Shown here: piece by piece, positions 36,950 to 51,370 of the stretch
How positions within the stretch are numbered: position 1 is the stretch's first letter
Layout: each line of letters starts with the position of its first letter
Source: Rhizophagus irregularis
Taxonomy: Eukaryota
Length of the DNA: 64,000 nucleotides
Assembly (NCBI RefSeq): GCF_026210795.1
Contig: NC_089434.1
Coordinates: forward strand, 1,860,001-1,924,000
Reading direction: 5' to 3'
Made by a program: the position numbers and the translations under genes
The notes under the pieces: model-generated
Databases searched by the model: none
What the model saw: the letters and a program-made list of their open reading frames with translations, nothing else
Told to the model about the DNA's origin: nothing

Positions 36950-39541
36950 ATCTAATGTTCATTTAAGAAATCTCTTAATTACAGTTTAAATTTATGACTA
37001 GTCCAAACTTCATAATCATTTCACTCAATGATTTTAACGCTTTAATTCCAAAAAAGTAATTCTTATAATATCATCCCATGTAAATCGACTTTCCTCTTGT
37101 AGCAAAATTAGTATATTTCCTAGTTACTACTTAAAAATTCATTAAGAATTTCAATAAAAATCGCTTGAGTTTGAGTTACAAGATAGTAGTATAGTATTGT
37201 TCGTAATGTCATCACCCGAATTGTTAATGAGTTTAGGGGCCTTCTTGAAACCATGGGAACTTCTAGCATCATCAGTTAATCCAACTATATATACAGTATG
37301 TAATATGTAAAGTTTAAAAGATTTATTGCTTGAATTACATTCAATAACAACATATAATAATAAATAATTACGTACCGTAAGGAACCATCATTATAAGCAT
37401 TGTTTACATAATGGAGTTACTTTAACCATCTACTGTAAAACCAATATTCGTTCTTAGAAATTTTTTTTGGTGGAGAGAGTTACTAAAACTTTAACGCTGA
37501 TTCCAGGCGCCATGGTAATTAAATCACTGATATTAAGATATTTCATCTCATGCTAAGTTCTAATTAGAATTGTGAATTAATATATATTCAAATTAAGCTA
37601 GTTGCTTCTAATGTATCATACAAGTTAACTAATCCTGTACCTTGTTGAAGGGTTGGAGGTAATAATTTTTTCGATTTACATGAGTAACATCTTGAAACAT
37701 GTGAGGGTCACGGGACACACGTTAATTCATGAACGCAGTTCTTTAATTGTTCAAAAGATTTCTGTTTTAATATAATGCTGCTACATCAGACATGTATGGT
37801 GCAGCTGTGCTTGTCCAGATTGAATCAGATAAAATGGTTTGTCAATTAGAAAAGCTGAAAAAAAACTCCTCCGGGTGCACAAATATTAGATATATATAGA
37901 ATAAAAAATTCTTTGAATTAACGTAAAATATTAATAACTTACTTTAATATCAAGTTTATCAGTTAATCTCAATTTTGAAAATACAAAAGGAGTTACAGTA
38001 AAGCGATAGATCTTCCATACATTCAAACTTATCAGAAAATCTAATTCTAAATTTGGATGTTTTGAAGGATTAAGTTATATCAATATTATCATCAAATGTA
38101 AAATGTAGCTAACACCCTTAGTCGATTTTATTATTAATTTTCAAATTCCCAGGAATTTTGAGATATTCTATAAAAAAATGTTATTCAAAGAAAGGATATT
38201 GCTTGATTTAACGTTTTTTAAAAGAAAATTCTCTTTTATAATATAATAATATAATAAAAGACTTACTTTATCATCTAATGGGCATTTGTTTGATTTCTAT
38301 TATCGACGATAACTAATTTGTTATTAAATTCTTTTCGATCATTATATCTATCGTAATAATTTAGATTTTTCGAGAGGAATACTACGGTATTATTCTGATA
38401 TAATCTATATTTTTTATAAAAGGGGAAGAAAAAATAAAATAAATAAAAGTACTCAAATAGCAAAAAAACCAAAATCCTTTATACTTACTAGGAAAAAAAT
38501 TTGGATTCTTTGTGACAAACTTTAATTTAAAAATTTATTTGTTACGATTGAACCGATAGCGATGGCGCTATTGTAACAACAAGTTGCTCATTTGTTGATA
38601 TATCATCATTTCTTGATGCTGCTACAACACAATGTCCGCAAGTTTTCTGCAATTCCAGATATTGTGCCACTTTGATGGTTAATGTATGCTACACGTCATA
38701 TTGTTTGTCCGAATCAATATGGTTTGATTCATTAGGTCCTTGAACGATAGTAGAGCGAATAATTTGTCAATCATGAGTGAAAGGAATTTCCATTGTAACC
38801 CTATAAGAATGTATGAATACACATAATTATAAAAATAAATATTCAATCTATTAAAGAAATTATTTCAAAAAATTACGAGACTTATTATAACTTCCAACCC
38901 ATCATTGACATCTCTCAATCGCTCTCATCATTGAAATCATAATTATTAACAGAAGCAGCATCAATGTCGGTATCACATGTTTACCTTAAATCCAGTTTAA
39001 GATCAGAACCTCCAATAGTTGCCGCTACATAAGTTTCATACTCAACAAAGTCATCGAACGGATCATTAGTTTTCGTCAATAAAATTATAGCTTCTCCAAG
39101 GGTAGGATGTCTATAGTAAATACCTGATATTAATTAATTAATTAATTAATTAATTAATTAATAATAATAATAATAATAAGGATCTGTAAGTTCAACTTTT
39201 TTCACACCAGTAATTTCATTAACGGAATTAATATCATTATTGGTGCTATCAGAATTGTCCTAATAAGAAGATTTAACGCGTTTAGTTCTCTCTATTATTA
39301 ATATTAATCGGACCAACTGGTCTGATTAAACTCTCTAATGGTCACAGTCTCATATTAGTCATTACTTTATAATATTAAATACTTACCACGGGTTCAACAT
39401 GTTCGATTTTCAGTTAGTACATTTAATTCTACGTTTTTAATTCTATATATGTCAATATTCTTTTCCCCTTATTATGTATTATAATAAGATCTTTTGGTGT
39501 AGGTCTAATTAAGTGATAGAAAAAAATAAGTTGACCCTCAT
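36950..39541 (-). pseudogene. Degraded secreted subtilisin (peptidase S8) gene
   Basis: In-order remnants on the minus strand: hydrophobic start MRVNLFFLS, GIYYRHPTLG (Asp region), TNDPFDD..ETYVAATIGG (His region decayed), LDIK..APGG, TSTAAPYMSDVAA (Ser motif) and QQGTGLVN. Many stops and frameshifts; the 3' limit is approximate. Confidence 0.75.
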
Positions 39542-40605
39542 TTTTAAATTTATAATTTATAAAAAAAGTTTTTCATTTTATAATCTTATTTTTTTTTCTT
39601 TTTTTAAAAAGTTCGAGATGTTTTGCGAAATAAATTTATTATTTCACTAATCATTATTAGAAAAAGAAATTAATTACCTATCTATTTTATAAATTACGGA
39701 TAGAACTGGCCTAGAGAGAAGAGCGTAATTTAATGAATCTATAATATCGATTAAATAGGGATCGTTCGTTACAAATGTCAAAAATGATAAAAATGATAAT
39801 CGAACAATTGTCAATCATTGTTGATTTTTAAAATATTTCGGGCAAGTAACACAGCGAAAGCATGTGCAATTTACCATTTTAGTCAAGCCGTAGCAGACTC
39901 CCTCCGTATAATAACATTTTATTAAATAAAAAAAAAATGAGAATTCTAGGAAAAAAAACCGAATTTTTGAATTCATTCGAAAAGAAAAGCAATATCATTT
40001 TCAAAAAAAATTTATTATAGAATCTTTTCCAATCGGAATTATTTAAATATAAAAAAGCTATCGGAGAATTTTAGCAATTTCTGGATAGAATATTTCAAAC
40101 CTTATTAAATTAACCTGATTTAGAAATAATTTAAACGTCATTAATCTAGCATAAATGTATTTTTTTCTAAATTGAAAAAATGATAATCCAAAAAACTTTA
40201 TTATTTCATATTTGAAAAAAAAAAATTAGAATAATGATCGCTTTATAATATTAATTAGACCAACTCAATTTAATCTATCATATAATGATTTGGTATAAGC
40301 TATTCATACTATTCATACTATTTCATACTAAAATTTTTTCGGTCATTACATAATCGTGCCTACACAAAGCATTATTATTATTATTCGTGAATGCATAAAT
40401 TTTCATGAGAAATTTTATCGATAAAAAAAAATAAAAAAAAAGCAAAATAATAAAACTATCGCAACTGTGATGTCATACGCAGATCATCTAATACGATATT
40501 GTGTAGCGTCAAACAAACATATATTTCAATTTTTTTTTCTAAAAAAAAATTCCTCCCCCCCCTTTTTTCTCTTTTCTTTTTCTTTTTCTTTTACTTCTTG
40601 AAAAT

Positions 40606-42159
40606 ATGGCTTCAAAACTAAATGATGATTGTTTATCTTATATTTTTAAATATTTAGAAGAAGATTCTTTTTCCTTATTTGCCTGTATTCTTGTAGATAA
40701 ACAATGGTGTCGAACTGCTGTCCCGATTTTATGGAGTAATCCTTGGAATGATAATAAAAGATATTATGGCAGAGCGATCAGATTAATTGATACGTATGTT
40801 TCAACTTTATCGGAAGAAACGAAACAAGATTTAATTAATGAAATTATCGTTAAACCTAATATTATGATGACTAGTGCAACTTTTGAATATGAAAAATTTA
40901 TGAAAAACTTGAATATTTTTGAACTAGAATATCGTATTAGAAAATGGGTATCTTCTCAACCTGTTAGATTTGATTTTACGAATACAAATCAACGTAAAAT
41001 GAAAGGAGGAAAGAATAATAGAAATGGCATACTTCAACCAGATTATGATCGTGATACTAGAATCTTAATGTCAGAACTTTTATATTTATTCCTGGTAAAT
41101 TCTTCAAAGATCGATACTCTTTGTGTTTCAGATTTTGATAAGAATTTTTCATTTATTTTGAAGATTGCTGATGAGGAACCGGAAGCAAGAAAATGTTTAC
41201 AAAATTTACAACATTTGAGGATAAGCACACATCAACCAATATCAACATGTTTAATGAAATTATCAGATATTTCTCGTAATATTGAATATTTGGAAATTGA
41301 GAATTGTAATATTAATTCATTCGAATTAAAAAGATTGATTAATGTACAAAATAATTTGAAAAATTTAACGGTAGAATTTGTTGTGAATCAACCTTATCAA
41401 ATTCATAATGTTAACAATGTTTTAAGTGAATTATCATCAAAGGCTAAATCGATCACTAGGATTAAAATCAAGGATGCTGCTGATATATTTATAATTTTTA
41501 ACAGTTTTGTGAATTTAATTGAATTAATTATTAATAATACGGATAAGTGTGATTTAAAAAAATGGGAACATTTATCAAAAGTAGAATCATTGAAAAAATT
41601 AAAGAAATTAGTTATTAATAATAAAAAGGGACCGATTTATTTTAATATTATAGCGGAATTTATTGAAAGATCTTCTTGTGATCTGGATCAAATAGTTATT
41701 TCAACAACAAAACCTCAAGATCCTACTTATATAGGTAAATTAATTAATTCTATTAGTAGGACTTGTCCGAATCTTACGGTATTTGAGGGGTTGATAGGTA
41801 ATAATCATATAAATGAATTTTCTCAATTATTACAAACTTGTAATAATTTAAAATACTTACACATTTATCCGGTAAAAACTTCTTGGGAGAATGAGGTTTA
41901 TAAATTTGATGATATTTTACAACAAATGATACAATATTTACCATTTAATTTAAATAAGTTATTTTTGGAGGATGGTTGGTTAATTTCTGATGTTAACTTG
42001 TTTAAAAAATTTTTGGAAGGAAGGAAATTATTGGAATTATCATTGATCTCTTTTCACGCTTATCGTTCTATTACTTACAATTATCAAGAATTGGAGGATA
42101 TATGTGAAAATTATAAGGAGAATGATTATTTGTTAGATTATCACTTTTATTCTAAATAA
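40606..42159 (+). CDS. Intronless F-box + RNI-like/LRR protein (517 aa)
   Basis: N-terminal F-box LNDDCLSYIFKYL..SLFACILVDKQWCRTAVPILWSNPW; LxxLxI repeats and CPNL/CNNLKYL. Confidence 0.9.
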   Translation: MASKLNDDCLSYIFKYLEEDSFSLFACILVDKQWCRTAVPILWSNPWNDNKRYYGRAIRLIDTYVSTLSEETKQDLINEIIVKPNIMMTSATFEYEKFMKNLNIFELEYRIRKWVSSQPVRFDFTNTNQRKMKGGKNNRNGILQPDYDRDTRILMSELLYLFLVNSSKIDTLCVSDFDKNFSFILKIADEEPEARKCLQNLQHLRISTHQPISTCLMKLSDISRNIEYLEIENCNINSFELKRLINVQNNLKNLTVEFVVNQPYQIHNVNNVLSELSSKAKSITRIKIKDAADIFIIFNSFVNLIELIINNTDKCDLKKWEHLSKVESLKKLKKLVINNKKGPIYFNIIAEFIERSSCDLDQIVISTTKPQDPTYIGKLINSISRTCPNLTVFEGLIGNNHINEFSQLLQTCNNLKYLHIYPVKTSWENEVYKFDDILQQMIQYLPFNLNKLFLEDGWLISDVNLFKKFLEGRKLLELSLISFHAYRSITYNYQELEDICENYKENDYLLDYHFYSK

Positions 42160-45100
42160 CAATTATACTATATACTATACAAAAAACTTATATATATATA
42201 TATATATCACATTGCATATTTCGATGTTATTATGTAAATAAAAAAAAACACCCGTGCGTAACTCTCAATTTCGTTATAATTTTTTTTTTTTTTGATTTCA
42301 CGTGCGTAAAAATTTTTGTAATGTACTGTAGATCACGGCGCAAATAACGAGATTAGACCTTGTATTTGTTTTTTAAAATTTGATTACAATATGATCGGTT
42401 GACAATTATAGAAAAAACTTAAATGCATCAGATTATATAATTTTTAGTACGTCATTTTCATGTGAAACAATTCGATAAATTATTTGATTTGATGGAATCG
42501 TTAACATACAATTGCTGCGGTTCATTGTCCATAACTCGGAATATTTTTTTTTTTTATATTTTACATTACGATTTAAATGATATGTAAAATATTTTGTTAC
42601 CTTTTACTTACTTACTACTATATTAAGGATGCATAATACTATAGCACTTTTTTTTTATAAAACACATACTAAACAAGCATATGATGATCAACCTGGTTTT
42701 GCAAAATTCATGATTGGTCGGTCAATTGGTCAGGATAGCAATACAAGGACTAAATTTAATAAAAAATTTAAGTCTTTTAATGAAGTATATTACAAAGCGT
42801 CTGATCTGTAATAATTGCATGAACTAAAGCCAAAAAAGATATAGTAGCGCTGTAGCGCTTAGTGTAGTCGTACTAAATTACTGTTGTTTGTAAACAAGAA
42901 ATAATATGATGCTACAGATAAAGACCGAACTTAAAAAAATAAAGAAACGTGTGTTGTCTAAAAAAAGATCGAACTTTGTAATGCAAATTATTTGATGACA
43001 AAATTTTTCCAATTGGCCACATTTGAAGAGCACATACTGTTAATTCATGTAAGAGCGAAATCAATTTTAAGAATCGAGAATAAAAATCGTTAATGCGGAT
43101 TTAAGGTTGGAATTAAATCAACGAAAATCGAAACAACATAAAAATCGATTCGTTTTGATTCGATTCTAAATAATTTTTTATATTGTATTGCCTAAATTCC
43201 GATTATTTCGCTATCATTCGGAAGTCAGGCTTGACCTTCTATGAAAAAAAATTTAGAGATCCGATTGAATCGATTCTAATGGTCCATTGGCAAAATTTAA
43301 TCCAAACAGTATGCTTAATAAGATCTATTATTTTTCGCAAAATTCAAAGTAGAATATAACGGGCAAAGCTAAAATAATAAATGTAAACAGGTTATTAAGA
43401 ATCCAAAAGCATAATCCAATTTCGAATTAAGACGATAATAATTGTAAATAAAAAAAACGAAATGTGAATTTTTACATGACAAAATAAAATTGCTTCATCA
43501 TAAAGTAAATTTTGCACATATCTTAACGTGTTCCAATATAGGGTTTCTTTATTTATCAAATATTTGTTCTCATATTCTATAAAAAGTTTTAAATTTTTGG
43601 AACTTAAATAATTTATTTATTTACTTATTTATTTTTTGAAAATAAATCAAATGCTTTATATTTTTTTATGGACTTTTTATTTATTTATTTAGACGCAATT
43701 TCTATCTAAAATATAGTAAATTTTTCAAATCAGATATATTCATATGCAGCGTAATTTGCAAGATTCTATTGCGCATTAAAAGTAAAATCCAATGCAAGTG
43801 AAGTAAGTGAAGTGATTTACATTATCATCTAATGAAATTGTTAAAATCATATCTAATAACGGGTTTATAGAAGTTAATATGATCTATTTTATATTAATGA
43901 TGGATTGAGCACTTTGTTACTCGAAATTTTAAACAGTATATGTTCTATTTACTTTATCAAATATTCAAGATAATAAACCTAATAATAAAGTTTGTTATTA
44001 AAATCCGTCAAATATAATCAAAATTTTACTTAGAAAAGATTTGATATTCTGAGAGTATTACGTCTTTTCTTAAATTGAATAGTTAATACCTAAATAGATT
44101 ACATAAAAACAAAAAAAAAATAATTCAAGTATAAATTATACATAATTCCTACTATGCAAATTTCAATTGATGAATTACTAAAATTAATTACGGCAACGGA
44201 TCAGTTTAGATGAGCTTCTTGTATGACAAGCAGTTTACATACACATTTGCATGATTCTACAGAAGCTGCACCTTTTCACTATCACGCACCACATAATAGC
44301 TCTCCATTATACACGAGGCGAATTAGATCGAATTAATCCGGTGGCGTAATAATTATGCACGCCGCCGTAATGTCGTAATGCCGAATTACTAACCTGTGAT
44401 TCGGTGATAATATTACGAAATAACTGGAATTTGTAAAAAATAATATATTGTATCATAAGATTACAAACATAAGAGTTATTTAATAGTATTCACAACAAAG
44501 ATCAAATTATAAACCAAACCACTCCCATAACTCTCCCATATAGCCCACAAACAAGACTTAAAAGAAAAAAGTGGAAATTAGATCGATGAGATAATTATTG
44601 GCGAAAAATTAAATTATTTAATTTATTAAAATAAAAATAAACAGATAAAATAAAAGCATACCTAATATCCTACTGTCCTAATTCTTTACACTGTCGTTCG
44701 TTGCATAATCTACCAAATGCAGAGAGAAACGGAAAATGTTAAAAAATCGATTTATTCAAATTTCTTTTTTTTTAAATAGAACAATTGAACTTACTAAGTG
44801 TCTTATTGTTCTAATCATCTACGCGATCGTTCGTTTCCAAAATGTCGTCGAAAATGAAGAGAGGAACGCTTAAAAAAAATAAAGAGGTAACAGGACGAAA
44901 CCGATGGAGGGTATTATTATGAAGATGGAGGATTTGAAGACAAGTCTCACTATTTGTGAATCCAATTATCTCATCGGCATCTGCTTTGGATGAATATTCC
45001 ATTTTTCGCTTGATAATATATCGCGTGGCATTATTTTTTGCCTCGATCAGCATGATAACAACACGTTCATAATTAGATAAAAAATGTTTGTTAATATGTT

Positions 45101-45249
45101 TGATTCAAGTTGTAATCCGAAATGTACACAGATAACCCACATACGGGTAGAGACTTCGCAATAGAATGCTTTGAACAAGAAGTCGTTGAATTTAATTTAC
45201 ATAAGATGAAATTAGACTCTCTCTCGTCTCTGATGGCCCAATAATTATC

Positions 45250-45960
45250 CTAGTCGTCATCGTAAGCATCGTCATTATAGTCATCGTCGCCATCATCAGT
45301 CTCGTGTTCATTGGTATAATTTACCTCGGATTCATCACATCATTTATCTGCATCTATTAATTCTAGGGCATTCAGAAGTTCGTATTCTGTACTAAGATCG
45401 GTTAGTAAATTTCGTTCTATAGCTAAAAATATGCGTTTATACTAGGATACTTATCTTTAATTTAGCGTTTTAGAGTCTTTTGGTTTATAAACAGTAGCAT
45501 GATGAGGGTCGTATCTATCCGTGAAAGTCATGTGAATCGATTTAAGGTCACCTGAATTGCGCAGTATGATATTCATTGCTGAAAGAACAGTCGTAAGATT
45601 CGCATGTGCAATATGCTCTGACAAAAAGTCTTCCATCCATTTATTTCTCGCGATTACCATCTAAGAAAACTGAATTTCCACGTGTGGTTCTGGGATGTGT
45701 GAACTAATCATTAGTGATTAATTGATTAATGGATCGCTACGAAATGGGATCTTATTCCTGCGGGATTTCAAGCGCTATATTAAAGCGAGAAGCCATGTTT
45801 TTGACTTCGCTCGAAAAACGTTACCATGGAAAGCCATGAGAGCTCATCTAACTCTGAAGTCCCATCTAACACAGGAAATCTTAACAATATGGAAGATATC
45901 ATAATTGTCGCCGATCAAACTGTGACCATAATTTCATTCGCTACCTCTATCATATTCTGT
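45250..45960 (-). pseudogene. Disrupted spliced gene of unknown family with an acidic C-terminus
   Basis: Coding-like segments (45457-45660 ORF; ...NEHETDDGDDDYNDDAYDDD*) with internal stops. Confidence 0.4.
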
Positions 45961-46190
45961 CTGAAAAATAATTAATAAAGAATCTTTAACGTAAAGTATA
46001 TGCACCTGAATAGAAAAATTTACTGCGTAACTGTGCGGTAATAGTAAAAAAACCTTTTATTTTTAGGTATCTGTAATGATTGTAATCAATCTCACTATGA
46101 CGTAATATAATAAAGGATATATATTTGATTATTCACAACGCTGAATTCTTATTTCTTTCTACATTCTTTTTCAACGTAGATATCGCAAGA

Positions 46191-48138
46191 ATGGTGATCT
46201 GGGCCAAGTATAAAGGAAATCCCTTTAAGATAAAAGCGTTTAAACAAACAATCAAATTGGAACTGCCTTAATGCACTGAAGAAATAAGTTAAAACAGAAC
46301 TACCAAATAAGTTGAGTAACTTTGATATCGACGATACAACAATAAGAGCACATGGAAAAGAAGAGAGTTTACGTTCGGATATGATAATTGATGAAATTTA
46401 TAACTATGACGACTGTTTATATTGAGGTCGTTGATGTCGGTAAGCTTCAAGTCAAATACTAATAATTTTTTTTTATTCTCCTAATATGCATTAATTCTTG
46501 CCAAACTCCTACTAATTCGAAACTTGACTTATAAAAATAACTTTCTTTAAGTCGGTATGTTCTAAAAAATAGGATGAACACCAAGGTAAAGCCTTTGCGT
46601 GTTTGCGTCATAATAATTTGACAATTCGAACGGTGATGTGTCAACCTTTTTTGACTAACTCATGTTGCAGAGAAATGTCAATTACTGAATCACATGGATC
46701 TAATAAAAAGCGAAAATTGGGTAAGCTTTTGCATTTTATAAAATGAGTCTCAGAATCCCGTAATTAAAGATTTTCAAATTATTACTTTTTACGTGTCAGA
46801 CTCGTTATTTAAGAGTATCTGTGAGGTAGTGAAGAACCAGAGAGCCCAATTATGCTTCTTTGTCATGAATTGAAAGGGAAATCAAATGTTGGCTTAACAA
46901 AATTCCCATTAATGGCAAGTCTGGCATAGAAAAATCGTATTTCTTTAAAGCCTCCGGTAATCGCACTATCTACCAAATGGAGTTGGAACCAAGTACCAAC
47001 AATTTGAAGGAATTATTATATGAAGGAATAGTGTATGGAACCATGGTCGCTAAGGGCCTGTCGACAACATGCCTTTCCAATAGTGCCCAAAGAAATAGTG
47101 ACTAATATTTACCGCAAAGCGGGTGGTATTCCAAGATACGTCCTTGGCTGAAATCTCATTAAAAAATGTTAATTTGCGTTGATATTGATAAAGAAGGAAG
47201 ACCAAACAATAAAGAGAAAGAGAAGATCGAGATAAATGCTTTAACATGCCATTTCCGAAATTGATGATTTCGATAAGATTATAAAATACTTCAATGAAAA
47301 AATGAAAAAAACAATGCCCATGTTGAAATAAGTAATCGTATAATGCACCGGTAGTCGGAGCCTAACTACAGTTCACCCTCGCTATAGTGAAGCTCATGGG
47401 CTGAAGGTTAAGATTCACTATAGTAAGGGATTCACTATAGCGAAGGTGAACTGTATTAAGAATTATTATTTATATAGAAAATCCGTACCTGAGCTTTTCT
47501 TTACTATAGCAAATTATTCACTATATAAAAATTCACTATAGCGAGGGTGAACTGTATTGTGAATACCACTTAAAATGAGCTTCCTCTTACGTATTCGATA
47601 GGATGCAGAAAAACCTAGAGGCAAAATTGTTTACATAAAATTCGAACTATGCAGGAGCAGCCAGCGCAAGGGGATGTTTGTTTGAGTGTTACGTAACTCA
47701 CCTATTTCGTGTTGGTGCTATATATTTGAAACAAAATAGTTGAAAGGTACAGGCAATGACCGATTTTTCATAGACAAACCAAAAGTTGAAAGTGCATCGG
47801 ATTTTCAAAGTCTGAGAAATATATAGTCATCGTGCCAGACAAACAAAATCTTAGTGCGGCAGACCTGCTGTTTGTCACACAAAAGTGTATTTCCAAGTCA
47901 CTCTAAAAATCACCCCGTAAAACAGGTCGAACTGGTTAAAATAATTATTATTAACATGCCGGTATATCAAAATGCAAAGATTCGACTTTATTTTGTAGTA
48001 CCAGACGATGTTTACAACACATTTGAACGTCAAGATTGTACGATACAAGATAACACTTCCAAAGAAGATCGTCCAGTTAAAAGAACGAATTCCATCCTTG
48101 ATAGTGTTGAACAGTGAGCAATGAAGGTCCTATACTAG
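46191..48138 (+). pseudogene. Crinkler (CRN)-like gene relic
   Basis: N-terminal MVIWAKYKGNPFKI..KTELPNKLSNFDIDDTTIRAHGKEESLRSD (ubiquitin-like CRN header). C-terminal ARGCLFECYVTHLF and NHPVKQVELVKII..IRLYFVVPDDVYNTF. Multiple frameshifts and a MITE insertion. Confidence 0.7.
47369..47554. mobile_element. pogo/Tc1-type MITE with TA TSD, inserted in the CRN relic
   Basis: Perfect 23-bp TIR CAGTTCACCCTCGCTATAGTGAA / TTCACTATAGCGAGGGTGAACTG with TA both sides; an extra internal right TIR at ~47431-47453. Confidence 0.9.
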
Positions 48139-49021
48139 AAGGCAAAGATAACGGATAATAGTGAAAAGTCCACAAGCTAAAACCTATTATCATATACAAT
48201 GAGCACCAAATCTCTTGCACGTTTTATTGACTAAGAAGTTTATTATCGTGAATAATAGCTTTTTAATACGTCTACCCACCCGCATAATAAAAAGTAGATA
48301 TTTATTATCATTTATTAATAAAATTTGTTATTAATAAGATGTAATATTACGAGGCCAATGATCCATCATATAGCATTTTTTACGTTATATTTTTGCCTCG
48401 CCTTTATCTCCTGAGGAACCAGATAATGATGGAGGGTATTATTATAAAGACGGAAGATATGAAAGAAGATTATCACAAAAATCGGTTAATTATCTAAATC
48501 GTAATTCTGGTCAGATTATTATCTGGAGTGCGGATTTCGGTCACGTGTTTTCCAAATTCGAAGTTTAACGATAAGATTAATAAATATGCCGGGCGGGACA
48601 ACTCCTCTGATTTTTTTGTATTAGATTACTTAGATAGTAACTTATATACTTAGCATAGTCTATCTTTTTATAAGGTTAGCAACTATTTGTTTTATATACG
48701 CCTCATGCCCTCATGATTCTAAAATAAAAAAAAGATTAATAAGATAAAGAAATGATTCCATAAAAATAAAAAACAGAAACGCCATATCGGATATAGTGTT
48801 ACATAGAACATTGTTTTATGGGATGAATTAGAAACTGTTTTTAGGCATTTTTTTTTTTGTATAATTTATTCTATAATAATTTAGTTTATTATATGTATAA
48901 AAAGAATTATTTAAATTACAAACTAAAACCTTGTAAAAATATTTTACTACTCTAATTTTTAGTGTTTAAATAATTCAAAATAAAGTATAAATGAAAGATA
49001 AAAATAAATTTATTTGTATTC

Positions 49022-51370
49022 TTAATTTAGTTTATCAGATGGTATTTCTAAAAATAAAAAAAAAATAACAGATCAGAATACAAATTTATAGTAAAAGAAA
49101 AAAAAAATTATTTTTTAAAATATTTAATAACTAACCATCAGGAATTTCTAATTCATCTTGTTCTTCTGAATAGAGATTTGGACTATTATATACTTCTTCA
49201 TCTATAAAAAGAAAAATGATTTTTTTTAGTTTAACATTATATAAGAGATAAAATTTTTAATATATTTAACAAATATTGAAAAAAAAATTTTTATCTTAAT
49301 GATGTCCTTACCATTAATTGGTCCTTTTATTTGTTGTTGTATAGTTTCCTTTTTATTATCATTTTGAATGTCTATATTTTTAAATTAAATAAATAAAGCT
49401 CAATTTAATATATACTGTACTGCTTTAGTATGACGAATAATTAGAATTATTATACTTACCATTCTTTGAATTTATTTGTAATTTCTTAAATATTTTAGAT
49501 AACCTTTTACTACTAGCTAAATAAGACAAATCTATTGATTATTATCATCTCAAAAATAATTTTAAAAAATATATAAATAAATTACCTTTAAAATAACTAT
49601 TGATTTTTGACGTCTTTTTGTTACTTGAATTGTTAAAATCATCAACTAAAAATGGAAATTTAATTAATAAATAATTAATTAAAATGAAATTTATAATGAA
49701 CACTTACCATTATCAGGAATATTAAAGTCATATGTTTTACTGTGAAATCCTATTTTTTTAAAAAAAAAATAAATGAGAAAATAGTTTAAACATTTATTAT
49801 AATAACTAACAAAACAGTAGTAAAAAAATCAACCTTCTTGTTCTCCTATAATTATTTAAATTAAAAAAAAAAGAATTAACAATATATTCTAATGAATAAT
49901 AAACAAACATATAAATAAATAATACCTTCTGTTGCATTCTTTGGTTCAGGTAGATTATCAAATTGATGAGTTTTACTTGTAAACAATCTGCTACTACTCG
50001 TATAATTTGAATTGGTTTTTGTTTCAGAATTATTTTTTGCTTTTGATTGAAATAATTCATTTGGCTTATTTTGATATGATAAATGAATTTCTCTTATTTT
50101 ATCAACAAGTATATCAACATCAGGCCTTTTTGATGGATCAGCATCCCAACATTGTTCCATTAAAATTTTATACTCTAAAGGAATTTCTGACACAATTTCT
50201 GGTCTCATACCATTAATTATATCCATTGCAAGATCATAATCATCATGTTCATAATTAATAAATGGTAGTTGACCAGATGAAATTTCCCACATAAGTATTG
50301 CAATACTATAAATATCAGATTTAAAAGTATATCCTTTTCCACTAATAACTTCTGGTGCTATATAGGGAAGATTTCCATATATACTTTTTGATGATTTATC
50401 AGCAGGTCCACAAAATCCAAGATCACTAATATACCAACCATCATTAAATTGTGAAAATAATATATTTCCAGAATGCAAATCTCTATGAATTGCATTCTCT
50501 TCATGAATCCAATAAAGTGCATCAATTATTTCATAAACAATTCTAATTTTTCCTTTCCATGTAAGTTGATTATAATTTTGTTGTAAATATTTTCTTAAAT
50601 CCATATCCCCTTTTCCTATTACAAGCATATAATTTCCATCTGATATATCTTGTGTTAAACCATAACATCGGGTAATTTCTGCGCGTTTAGCGCTTATAGT
50701 TAAATGTGATTTAGCCTAAAAAACTTATTATTAATAAAAAAGATTGGATTAATTTTATAGATAAATTTAAAATACAAACCTCTTCAAACCAACTTTGATT
50801 TGCACTTTCAACATTTTCTAATTTTTTAAGTACTATTTCTATAGTTCTGAATCTTCTTAATTGTTGTTTTTTAGAATCCCATTCTTCATAGTGTCCATTA
50901 ATCCAATCTGCAGTATAAATTTCAGAGAATCCGCCTTTTGTTAGATATTTAATATTTTTGAAGTTATTATATGGAATCCATTCAATTACATGGCCTGGCC
51001 CAAGACATTCCATTTGACATTTTTGTATTAAATTATCAATATCATCATTTCCAGATGTCCAATTTGAAAAATTATCTTTTAAATAATTTCGAACACAATA
51101 TTCACAATATAATGTCGCTAAACATTCTTGCTTACAAGTTTCACAAATTCTTTTTGTTCCTGAATTTAAAAGAATTTTATTTCTATCATAAGTCTCAGTT
51201 ATAAGTTTAATTGCTACAGCTTTTTCATTATCTGTAAGAAGTTTATCAGTAAGAATGAATTGTTTTTGAAATTCATATTGTTTGTACATGTCAGTGTAAA
51301 CATTATAATCAATTAACGAAGCTACTCTATTATTTGTTGCATAAACTAATTCATAACGAATAGCAGACAT
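49022..51370 (-). CDS. TKL-type protein kinase with N-terminal CxxC-x7-CxxC, tandem copy 1
   Basis: KGGFSEIY, IVLKKL, HRDLHSGNIL, ISDLGF and GNLPYIAPE; several short 3' exons ending EIPSDKLN*. Confidence 0.88.
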
